Positions 56,005 through 64,000 of a stretch of 64,000 nt of DNA are shown here, one piece after another. The notes under the pieces were generated by a model. That model ran no database searches, was not told where the DNA came from, and was given only the letters and a program-made list of their open reading frames with translations. This DNA comes from an uncultured Lachnospiraceae bacterium (GTDB lineage: Bacteria > Bacillota > Clostridia > Lachnospirales > Lachnospiraceae), in assembly GCA_910587295.1 (NCBI GenBank), contig CAJULP010000088.1:5347-69346 (forward strand). Direction: 5' to 3'. Position 1 is the stretch's first letter; every line of letters starts with the position of its first letter. Made by a program: the position numbers and the translations under genes.

Positions 56005-57597
56005 CTATTTCAAGCTAGTTACCGCAGCATGTTCAATAGAAAGTCCTGCCATATAACGCTTCATGAAATTTTCAAAACCTTCCACATCTTCTTCTACAGG
56101 TTCCATTTTACTTCCTGCTTGTCCGTTAAAAATCGTCTGGTTTAAAAATTCCTGAAGGCTTTCCTTTTCCTTTTTATTCTGCATATAAGACGCTAAGAGA
56201 GCAATTCCCCATGCACCGCCTTCCCCGGCTGTTTCCATTACAGACACCGGTGTGTTCATAGCTGCTGCCGCAATCCTCTGGCCTACGCCTTTCGTCTTAA
56301 ACAAGCCGCCATGGCCAAACATTTCATCTACTTTTACCTCTTCTTCTTTAAACAAAAGATCCAATCCTGCTTTTAATGCGGCAAGGGATGAATATAAATG
56401 AGTCCTCATAAAATTTGCAAGAGTAAATTTATCTTCCGCCCGGCGCACAAATAAAGGCACTCCTTCATCAAATCCGGTAACCGGCTCTCCTGAAAAATAA
56501 TTATAAGAAATCAATCCTCCGCAGTCTGCATCTCCTTCCAGCGCTTTATGATACAGAAGGGAAAATAACTGGTTCTTATCAACTTTTGCACCAAGGCAGT
56601 CTGCAAATTCATCAAACAGATTTACCCATGCATTTAGGTCAGAAGTACAATTGTTACAATGTACCATGCCTACCAATGCACCATCCGGTGTGGTCACCAG
56701 ATCGATCTCAGGATAAACCTTAGTCAATTCTTTTTCTAAAACGATCATGGCAAATACAGAAGTTCCGGCAGACACATTTCCTGTTCTTACGGCAACACTG
56801 TTTGTTGCAGCCATACCTGTTCCCGCATCCCCCTCAGGAGGACATACCGGAATGCCCGGTTTTAAGTTTCCACTTGTATCAAGAAGAGCAGCCCCCTCTT
56901 TCGTCAATTCCCCGGCATTTTCCCCGGCTGTAAGTACTTTAGGGAAAATATCCTGTAATTTCCAGCTAAACCCTTCCGGTGCGGTCAATTCGTTAAACCG
57001 ATCTACCATTTTCTGGTCAAAGTTTCCGGTTTTTATATCAATCGGAAACATACCGGAAGCATCTCCTACGCCAAGTACCTTTTTCCCGGTCAGTTTCCAA
57101 TGAACATACCCTGCCAGTGTAGTAAAGAAAGCCACATCTTTTACGTGTTCTTCTTTATTTAAAATAGCCTGATATAAGTGGGAGATACTCCATCTCTGGG
57201 GAATATTATAGTTAAATTCCTTTGTCAGCTTCCCCGCTGCTTCTTCTGTAATGGTATTTCTCCATGTCCTGAAAGGAACAAGTAAGTTGTCCTCTTTGTC
57301 AAAAGCAAGATATCCATGCATCATAGCAGAAAATCCAATGGAACCAAATGTAGTGACAGTTGCCCCATACTGTTCTTTTACATCTTTTAACAAATCTTGA
57401 TAACAATCCTGCAATCCTTCCCACACATCTTCCATGGTATAAGTCCAGATTCCATTATCATACCGGTTTTCCCACTCATGACTGCCTGCCGCTAAAGGCG
57501 TTCCTTTTTCATTGATCAAGACTGCCTTGATTCTGGTAGATCCCAACTCAATACCAAGGGAAGTTTTTCCCTCTTCGATCAATTGCTTTGTGTCCAT
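56005..57597 (-). CDS. FGGY-family carbohydrate kinase, probably L-ribulokinase by context
   Basis: The FGGY N-terminal block is [14 protein letters not shown], and the length is ~530 aa. It lies immediately upstream of araD. The substrate is inferred from context only. Confidence 0.6.
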   Translation of the reverse strand: MDTKQLIEEGKTSLGIELGSTRIKAVLINEKGTPLAAGSHEWENRYDNGIWTYTMEDVWEGLQDCYQDLLKDVKEQYGATVTTFGSIGFSAMMHGYLAFDKEDNLLVPFRTWRNTITEEAAGKLTKEFNYNIPQRWSISHLYQAILNKEEHVKDVAFFTTLAGYVHWKLTGKKVLGVGDASGMFPIDIKTGNFDQKMVDRFNELTAPEGFSWKLQDIFPKVLTAGENAGELTKEGAALLDTSGNLKPGIPVCPPEGDAGTGMAATNSVAVRTGNVSAGTSVFAMIVLEKELTKVYPEIDLVTTPDGALVGMVHCNNCTSDLNAWVNLFDEFADCLGAKVDKNQLFSLLYHKALEGDADCGGLISYNYFSGEPVTGFDEGVPLFVRRAEDKFTLANFMRTHLYSSLAALKAGLDLLFKEEEVKVDEMFGHGGLFKTKGVGQRIAAAAMNTPVSVMETAGEGGAWGIALLASYMQNKKEKESLQEFLNQTIFNGQAGSKMEPVEEDVEGFENFMKRYMAGLSIEHAAVTSLK

Positions 57598-57675
57598 ATT
57601 AGTAACCCCCTTTTGATTTTTAAATCATTTATTATAATAATACAACCAGTACCTTTCTCATTACAAGTAATATCT

Positions 57676-58977
57676 TTACAGAAAATGATAAGGTATTTTT
57701 TTTGCATCAGTATAATCCTGAATGTCTAAATAAATATAATATCCTTCCAAGCGTCCTGTTACAGAAGATACTTTATAAACATTATAGTCTTCCATTTTAA
57801 GTTCAGGGATACTGAAAACAACAATAGAATAATCACTAAAAGAAGAAATAGCGGCAACAGGATCGTCATTTTCATCTGCAATCATGATCATGTCGTTTTT
57901 TGATATTTTTTCTTCAAATTCCATGACCAAAAAGTCCTGTTTTGATTCAGCTTTTACTTCATCGTACATATTACCGTTTCCAAATACAATTCCCCCGTTT
58001 ATATAAATACCTTCATCAGAATCTAACCCGCTGTCCATACTGTCAGGATGTGCGCAGGCAAATACATAGCCCCCGTTTATTACTAAATATCCATTAGAAT
58101 CCAGTCCGTCCCCATCTTCTCCAAAACCGGAATTACAGATCACAGAACCTCCGTTTATTGTAAGTACGGAAACTCCGTTTTCATTTGTGTTAATGGAATC
58201 ATTTGCTGCATTGATCTCTATATTACCACTATTGATCGTCAAATGAAGATGGCTGGATATTCCTTCATTTTGAGCATTGACTATAAGCTTTCCATTTTCA
58301 TCGGAACAAATATTAAGAGAAACAAAGCTTTCTATAGCCCCGTCAAACTTATATTTCTTTTTTGCTTTGTCCTTTTTGACATCTTCTTTTGTGGTTCCGT
58401 CTTCATAAATCCTTGCCACATAAGAACCGTTTATTACATTTCTACTATCTTTTGCAAGAATCAGGTTAAAACCGGCATCAGAGGTGTCCACATTTGGAGA
58501 TACGTCTTTTTTCTTATCACTCCCACACTCATAAGCACTATAAACCAGTATAGAAGGTGCAATTGTACATGTAATTTCCGCATTATTTAAAATTAAATTG
58601 ACTACTGAATCCGGATCATCTTTAGCATCTTTCCCAAGGTTAACAAAAATCTGACCTTGGGAAAGACGTCCCGACACTTCATAAGTGCCGGGTTTTGTAA
58701 TTGTTATGACTGTATGCTGTGCTGCTTCTTCCGGGCTATGGGCATCTTTTTTACTTCCATTCCCATAGGTTTTTCCTTTTCCTTCTTCATAATAAATAAT
58801 ATCTGCCCCTATATAAACCCTATCTGAAGGATTTGTTGACACTTCTTTTCCATCAACTAAAATTCCCTGATCTGAAAGAGTGATATTTGTAGAATCCGCT
58901 CCGGTTCCTCTCATAGAACATCCTGGAAAAATCAGGGTGGAAATAATCAAACAAAAAATAACAATTTTTTTATTCAT
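57676..58977 (-). CDS. Cthe_2159-family (beta-helix, carbohydrate-binding-like) lipoprotein
   Basis: The signal/lipobox is IFPGCS. ITLSDQGILVDGKE...VITITKPGTYEVSGRLSQGQIFVNLGKD...VNLILNNAEITC matches the characteristic start of this family. Confidence 0.6.
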   Translation of the reverse strand: MNKKIVIFCLIISTLIFPGCSMRGTGADSTNITLSDQGILVDGKEVSTNPSDRVYIGADIIYYEEGKGKTYGNGSKKDAHSPEEAAQHTVITITKPGTYEVSGRLSQGQIFVNLGKDAKDDPDSVVNLILNNAEITCTIAPSILVYSAYECGSDKKKDVSPNVDTSDAGFNLILAKDSRNVINGSYVARIYEDGTTKEDVKKDKAKKKYKFDGAIESFVSLNICSDENGKLIVNAQNEGISSHLHLTINSGNIEINAANDSINTNENGVSVLTINGGSVICNSGFGEDGDGLDSNGYLVINGGYVFACAHPDSMDSGLDSDEGIYINGGIVFGNGNMYDEVKAESKQDFLVMEFEEKISKNDMIMIADENDDPVAAISSFSDYSIVVFSIPELKMEDYNVYKVSSVTGRLEGYYIYLDIQDYTDAKKIPYHFL

Positions 58978-58986
58978 ATAAAAACC

Positions 58987-60486
58987 TTATACTTCACTTA
59001 CGACAGAACCGGAAACAGCCGCAACCGCCTGATCTTTTTCATCCTCAGATAGACCTGTAAAGTTAATATTTCTGTTAACTTTAGCATCATATGTACCGGC
59101 TTTTACCACTTCCGCAAGATCGATTCCCACCGTTTCTTTCATGGTCTCAAAAAGCTTTGTCATCACACCGGGAACATTATCTGCAACAGTATTTACACCG
59201 TTACTGCCATCTCCTCCAATGATCGTAATCTTATCAATCTGGGTAAGAGGTTCCGCAATTTTTCCGGCAATATCAGGAAGTACTTTGATCAACATTTCAG
59301 CCATAGCGGCATTGTTATATTTTTGGTATGCGATAGCTTTCTTTTCCATGGCTTCCGCCTCAGCTATACCTTTTGCACGGATAGCTTCTGCTTCCGCCTC
59401 ACCCACCATACGGATTCCTTCTGCCTCCTGTTCTTTGGCAAACTTTTGAGCTTCCGCAGTTGCTTTCAGGGCTTCCGCTTCTTTTTCCCTTTCGAATTTT
59501 TCTGCCTCCGCATTTTTCATCCTGGTATAGAGTTCTGCCTCAGACTGTTGTTGACGAGCAAACTTATCAGCTTCTGCTTTCTTTTTTATCTCAGCATCAA
59601 GAGCTTTTTCTTTTACTTCCGCTTCACGCTGCTTTAGGATTACTTCCTTTTCCTGCTTAGCAATACTTGCTTCCTGAGTAGCTATCTCAATGGTCTTACG
59701 CTGTTCCTGCTCCTGGATGCTATAAGCTGCATCTGCTTCCGCGCGTTTCGTGTCTTCCATTTTTTGAAGTTCAGCTTTTTGCAGAGCAAACTCATTATTT
59801 TTCTTGGCAATCTCACGCTCCGCATTGATTCTTGCATCATTTGCCTGCTTATCTGCTTCCGCTTTGGCAACGGCAATTTCCTTTTCTGCTTCCGCCTTTG
59901 CAATCGCGGCTTTTTTCTTGATTTGGGAAATATTATCAATACCGAGATCATCGATTACACCATTTCCATCAGCAAAATTCTGTACATTAAAACTGACGAT
60001 ATCAAGACCCATAGCGGCAAGGTCAGGCTCCGCATTTTCTTTCACCAGATTTGCAAATTTCTGGCGGTCGCTGACCATCTCTTCTAACCTCATGCGGCCT
60101 ACAATTTCCCTCATATTACCTTCTAATACTTCCCTTGCAATACCTGCTATGTACTGAGTATTTTGGTTCAGGAAGTTTTCTGCTGCAAGGGAAAGTTTTC
60201 CCTTTTCACTGCTGATTTTAATATTTACTGCCGCATCTACCTGAATATTAATATAATCAGCCGTGGGAACCGCATTAGATGTTTTTACATCAATAGCGAT
60301 CAGTTTAAGACTCAGCTTATCCATTCTTTCAAAGAAAGGAATCTTTACGCTTGCCTTGCCGATGATCACTTTTTTACGTAGACCGGAAATAATATAAGCT
60401 GTGTCCGGCGGCGCTTTTTTGTATCCGGTCAACATGATGATCAACACAAAAACCACTATAACTGCTGCAATAATAAAACCTACCAT
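58987..60486 (-). CDS. floT: Flotillin (SPFH/band-7 family, FloT/YuaG-like)
   Basis: There is an N-terminal membrane hairpin, an SPFH domain, a long A/E/K-rich coiled-coil and a flotillin C-terminus. Confidence 0.85.
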   Translation of the reverse strand: MVGFIIAAVIVVFVLIIMLTGYKKAPPDTAYIISGLRKKVIIGKASVKIPFFERMDKLSLKLIAIDVKTSNAVPTADYINIQVDAAVNIKISSEKGKLSLAAENFLNQNTQYIAGIAREVLEGNMREIVGRMRLEEMVSDRQKFANLVKENAEPDLAAMGLDIVSFNVQNFADGNGVIDDLGIDNISQIKKKAAIAKAEAEKEIAVAKAEADKQANDARINAEREIAKKNNEFALQKAELQKMEDTKRAEADAAYSIQEQEQRKTIEIATQEASIAKQEKEVILKQREAEVKEKALDAEIKKKAEADKFARQQQSEAELYTRMKNAEAEKFEREKEAEALKATAEAQKFAKEQEAEGIRMVGEAEAEAIRAKGIAEAEAMEKKAIAYQKYNNAAMAEMLIKVLPDIAGKIAEPLTQIDKITIIGGDGSNGVNTVADNVPGVMTKLFETMKETVGIDLAEVVKAGTYDAKVNRNINFTGLSEDEKDQAVAAVSGSVVSEV

Positions 60487-60518
60487 TTTGTAACCCTCCC
60501 AATTTAAATTTTATCCAA

Positions 60519-61724
60519 TCAGCTTACCGATGTTTGAACCTTTTCCGGTTCTTTATCTTTAGAATAAAGAATCTTCAGTATGATTGGCGTAGAAATTGAT
60601 GATACGATGATAAGGAAAATCACCGATGTAAAATAAACAGGTTCCAAAAGCCCTACGGAAAGCCCTCTTTGAGAAACAATAAGGGCAACTTCCCCTCTCG
60701 TCATCATACCAACGCCTATCTTCAGCGCATCATTTCCATTAAACTTACATAATTTTGCCATCAGCCCGCAGCCTATGATCTTACTTACAAGTCCTACCAA
60801 TACAAAACCAAGTGAAAACAAAAGGATAGAACCTGATATACTGTCAATATTTGTCTTTAATCCAATACTTGCAAAGAAAACAGGACCAAAGATCATATAT
60901 GAATTTACATCTACTTTTCTTTCTATGTATTCTGAATCTTTAATAGAACAAAGAATGATCCCGGCAACATAAGCGCCAGTGATATCAGCGATACCAAAAT
61001 ATCTTTCCGCAACATAAGCCAAAATCAAACAATATGCTACGCCGGCGATCGGAATCCTTCTGGTATGGGGATATCGTTTATCAACTATTTTAAATATTTT
61101 ATAGGATATAAACCCAACAATGATTGCAAGTACAAAAAATAAAACTGTATTTATGATCACTTTAAAAGGATCGGAATCCGGACTTTTCAAACCTATTACA
61201 AAAGTAAGTACAATGATTCCAATCACATCATCAATAATTGCGGCGCTTAGAATCGTCGTTCCCACTTTACCTTTCAGTTTTCCCATCTCTTTTAGTGATT
61301 GTACCGTAATACTTACCGAAGTTGCGGTAAGGATCGTACCTACAAAAACAGCTTTATAAAATCCTTCAGACCCCCATGGGGAAGCCCCGTAGTAAAGCAT
61401 ATAAAACCCGGCACCCATAAAAAGCGGGATAAATACACCTGAACAGGCAATTAATGTTGCGATCGGTCCTGTTTTTAAAAGATCCCTCATGTTTGTTTCA
61501 AGCCCGGCAGAAAACATCAGGAAAATAACTCCGATTTCAGCCATCTGTAACAAAAAATCAGTCTGGTTTACCCACCCTAAAATACTTGGTCCTATAATAA
61601 GACCCGCAATAATTTCGCCTACTACCTGAGGCGCTTTCAATTTTCTTGCTATTATCCCAAATAATTTTGCGGTAATCATAATAATAGCAAGATCTTTCAG
61701 CACAAGATAAGTTTCCATTTTCAA
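60519..61724 (-). CDS. Cation:proton antiporter (CPA2, NapA/Kef-type)
   Basis: It has about 12 TM helices. QVVGEIIAGLIIGPSILG and MFSAGLE are typical of Na_H_Exchanger family proteins. Confidence 0.8.
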   Translation of the reverse strand: MKMETYLVLKDLAIIMITAKLFGIIARKLKAPQVVGEIIAGLIIGPSILGWVNQTDFLLQMAEIGVIFLMFSAGLETNMRDLLKTGPIATLIACSGVFIPLFMGAGFYMLYYGASPWGSEGFYKAVFVGTILTATSVSITVQSLKEMGKLKGKVGTTILSAAIIDDVIGIIVLTFVIGLKSPDSDPFKVIINTVLFFVLAIIVGFISYKIFKIVDKRYPHTRRIPIAGVAYCLILAYVAERYFGIADITGAYVAGIILCSIKDSEYIERKVDVNSYMIFGPVFFASIGLKTNIDSISGSILLFSLGFVLVGLVSKIIGCGLMAKLCKFNGNDALKIGVGMMTRGEVALIVSQRGLSVGLLEPVYFTSVIFLIIVSSISTPIILKILYSKDKEPEKVQTSVS

Positions 61725-61749
61725 TCTTTCCTCCTCATTTTACACAGTT

Positions 61750-62052
61750 TTATTCAGGCATCATTCCTTCTTCTTCTGCCCTTAATTTACATCCGTTTTT
61801 ATAAGATCCTATCTCACAAATTTCTGCTATTCCCCCTTTCATACAAAAATCGCAAGAAGGGCAGGGCTTTTTTTCCCCTGCAAAATCTCTTGGGACCGCT
61901 TCATTATTTTTATTATGTCTACAATCATAACACCAACAATTATTACATTCAACAAATTGTGGCAACTCCTCTAAAAAATCTGTATCCAGCAAATCAAAAA
62001 AATCTATTTGTCCTTCTATCTGTTTTTTCAAGACCAACCCCGCTTTTTCCAT
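61750..62052 (-). CDS. Cys-rich 100-aa protein of unknown function
   Basis: The ORF sits between gyrA and the antiporter gene on the same strand. It has ten Cys, including CNNCWCYDC and CPSCDFC. I recognised no family. Confidence 0.45.
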   Translation of the reverse strand: MEKAGLVLKKQIEGQIDFFDLLDTDFLEELPQFVECNNCWCYDCRHNKNNEAVPRDFAGEKKPCPSCDFCMKGGIAEICEIGSYKNGCKLRAEEEGMMPE

Positions 62053-62091
62053 ATAAAATCCCCACCAATATTATGATGGGGATTTTATACC

Positions 62092-64000
62092 TTAATCTGA
62101 CAAATCTGATATTTCTTCCATTTCTTCATCTATATTTTCAATTTCGTGATCCCCGTTGAAAACTTTTTCTCTTACCTTGGCAATCTGTGCCACCGTCACA
62201 TCTTTATCAAGGTTGATTAATTTTACACCGGAAGTAATACGCCCTAAGATGGAAATATCTTCCATACGAATCTGGATAATAATTCCGCCAGTTGTGATCA
62301 TCATAATTTCATGATCGTCATTTACGGCTTTCACACCGATCACATCACCGGTTTTTTCTGTTATCTTATAACATTTAACTCCTTTACCTCCACGTTTTTG
62401 AACAGTAAATTCATCAAGATAGGTTCTCTTTCCCATACCGTTTGCAGAGACAATAAGAAGAGAATCTCCTTGGTGGTCAAGCTGCATACCCACCACTTCA
62501 TCATCACCGGAAAGGCTCATACCGATCACTCCCATAGAGGACCTTCCTGTGGAACGCAGATCTGTTTCTTTAAAACGGATACACATGCCGTACTTTGTAA
62601 CAAGGAAAATCTCCGTATCCTTGTCCGTTATTTTGACTTCTATCAGCTCATCATCATCCCTGAGACTAATGGCCGCCAGACCATTTTTACGGACATTACT
62701 GTATTCTATGATATTTGTCTTCTTTACAATACCTTTTTTGGTGACCATAAAAAGATTTTTACTCTCTTCATAATCCTTAATGGGAATGATAGCACTTATT
62801 TTTTCTCCCGGGTTAAGCTGTAAAATATTGACAATGGCAACTCCTCTTGAGGTACGGCTTCCTTCAGGAATTTCATAAGTCTTTAAACGGTAAACCCTTC
62901 CAAAATTAGTAAAGAACATCACATAATGATGTGTCGTGGTCATCAAAAGGTCTGCAATAAAATCATCCTCTATGGTCTGCATCCCTTTGATCCCTTTACC
63001 TCCCCTGTGCTGGGATTTGAAATTATCTATTGTCATTCTTTTAATGTATCCAAGATTTGACATGGCAATTATGGTATTTTCATTAGGAATCATGTCTTCC
63101 ATGGAAATATCATATTCGTCAAATCCTATCTTACTTTTTCTTTCATCGCCAAACTTATCAGAAATTTCTTTTATCTCTGTCCTGATCACACCAAGAAGAA
63201 TCTTTTCGTCACCAAGGATTTCTTTTAACCGGGCAATTTTAGCAAGCAGCTCCTGATGTTCACTTTCAAGCTTTTCTCTTTCCAATCCGGTAAGAGCACG
63301 GAGCCTCATGTCCACGATTGCCTGTGCCTGTACATCTGTAAGCCCAAAACGTTCCATCAAACTTTCTTTTGCAATGGGCGTACTGCGGCTTCCCCGGATG
63401 ATCCTTATCACTTCGTCAATATTATCAAGAGCGATCAATAATCCCTGTAAAATATGGTCCCGTTCTTCCGCTTTGTTTAAGTCATACCTTGTCCTTCTGG
63501 TTACCACTTCTTCCTGATGGGCTATGTATTCCTTTAACATATCAAGAATATTTAATGTCTTAGGCTCTCCGTTCACAAGAGCAAGCATAATGATTCCAAA
63601 AGTATCCTGCATCTGCGTGTGTTTATACAAAAGATTCAGAATAATATTTGCACTTACATCACGGCGAAGCTCTATAACGATACGCATACCTTCCCTGTCT
63701 GATTCATCCCGAAGGTCTGTGATACCATCTATTTTCTTTAACTTGACAAGTTCGGCTATTTTCAAAATCAGATTCGCCTTATTTACCATATAGGGAAGTT
63801 CCGTTACAATGATACGGCTTTTTCCGTTCGACATGGTCTCTATATCCGTTACGGCACGAACCCTTACTTTTCCTCGTCCTGTTCTGTATGCCTCCTCGCT
63901 TCCTCTGGTACCTAAAATAATTCCTCCGGTAGGAAAATCAGGAGCCTTCACGATTGACAAAATTTCTTCTATTTCTGTCTCTTTATCCTCAATTATCCTG
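62092..64000 (-). CDS. gyrA: DNA gyrase subunit A, C-terminal two-thirds (partial, continues past the right edge)
   Basis: It has PDFPTGGII, a GyrA-box-like QHRGGKG, a C-terminal beta-pinwheel and an acidic tail. The frame stays open from 63960 to 64000 (..RIIEDKETEIEEILSIVKAPDFPTGG). Confidence 0.92.
   Translation of the reverse strand, partial: RIIEDKETEIEEILSIVKAPDFPTGGIILGTRGSEEAYRTGRGKVRVRAVTDIETMSNGKSRIIVTELPYMVNKANLILKIAELVKLKKIDGITDLRDESDREGMRIVIELRRDVSANIILNLLYKHTQMQDTFGIIMLALVNGEPKTLNILDMLKEYIAHQEEVVTRRTRYDLNKAEERDHILQGLLIALDNIDEVIRIIRGSRSTPIAKESLMERFGLTDVQAQAIVDMRLRALTGLEREKLESEHQELLAKIARLKEILGDEKILLGVIRTEIKEISDKFGDERKSKIGFDEYDISMEDMIPNENTIIAMSNLGYIKRMTIDNFKSQHRGGKGIKGMQTIEDDFIADLLMTTTHHYVMFFTNFGRVYRLKTYEIPEGSRTSRGVAIVNILQLNPGEKISAIIPIKDYEESKNLFMVTKKGIVKKTNIIEYSNVRKNGLAAISLRDDDELIEVKITDKDTEIFLVTKYGMCIRFKETDLRSTGRSSMGVIGMSLSGDDEVVGMQLDHQGDSLLIVSANGMGKRTYLDEFTVQKRGGKGVKCYKITEKTGDVIGVKAVNDDHEIMMITTGGIIIQIRMEDISILGRITSGVKLINLDKDVTVAQIAKVREKVFNGDHEIENIDEEMEEISDLSD

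Noticed and set aside
59300-60160. Repetitive GCTTCCGCCTC/GCTTCTGC-like DNA and several antisense ORFs, considered as a possible repeat element
   Set aside because: It is explained by the A/E/K-rich coiled-coil region of flotillin, so it is a coding low-complexity repeat.

Overview
This is a 64-kb chromosomal segment of a Firmicute. The gene content looks Clostridia/Lachnospiraceae-like, but that taxon assignment is inference only. I support 58 CDS and one tRNA-Pro(CGG). 48 of the 58 CDS lie on the minus strand, co-oriented with a partial gyrA at the right edge, which fits an origin-proximal leading-strand region.

Layout from left to right:
- 1-~3800: the right end of an integrative element with an ICEBs1-like layout (Cro-like HTH, ImmR-like repressor, ImmA-like peptidase, PH-domain protein, tyrosine integrase). 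It abuts the 3' end of rlmD. At its far left is a 490-bp non-coding stretch bracketed by a 31-bp inverted repeat.
- 3.8-9.2 kb: housekeeping genes (rlmD, yhaM, an HtrA-like protein, tRNA-Pro, a MATE pump).
- 9.2-18.6 kb: a 10-gene Mrp/Mbh-type cation:proton antiporter operon with four antiporter-like subunits.
- 18.7-24.1 kb: trxA, trmB, a D,D-carboxypeptidase, an exonuclease and an ABC exporter.
- 24.2-34.8 kb: an 11-gene LacI-controlled catabolic island with three matching 14-bp operators. It encodes an ABC importer, an AGE-family epimerase, a SelA/DgaE-like PLP lyase, an SDR, two RidA proteins, an amidohydrolase and an RraA-like aldolase.
- 34.8-45.2 kb: an unusual operon with two paralogous lipoproteins, a BNR-propeller/solute-binding fusion lipoprotein, two MalFG-type permeases and an HlyD-type membrane-fusion protein. 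A DUF234 ATPase and an OmpR-type two-component system sit next to it.
- 45.2-57.6 kb: a glycan/arabinose region (GH43, GH42, orphan binding protein, araD, FGGY kinase) with an AgrC/LytTR-type two-component system and an orphan AraC-type response regulator.
- 57.7-64.0 kb: a Cthe_2159-family lipoprotein, flotillin, a CPA2 antiporter, a Cys-rich small protein and gyrA (partial).

I saw no CRISPR array, rRNA or IS transposase. The loci most worth a second look are the inverted-repeat-bracketed cassette (1-490), the importer-plus-membrane-fusion-protein operon (34.8-41.5 kb) and the LacI-controlled catabolic island. All functional calls come from motif and family recognition by eye, because no database search was possible.
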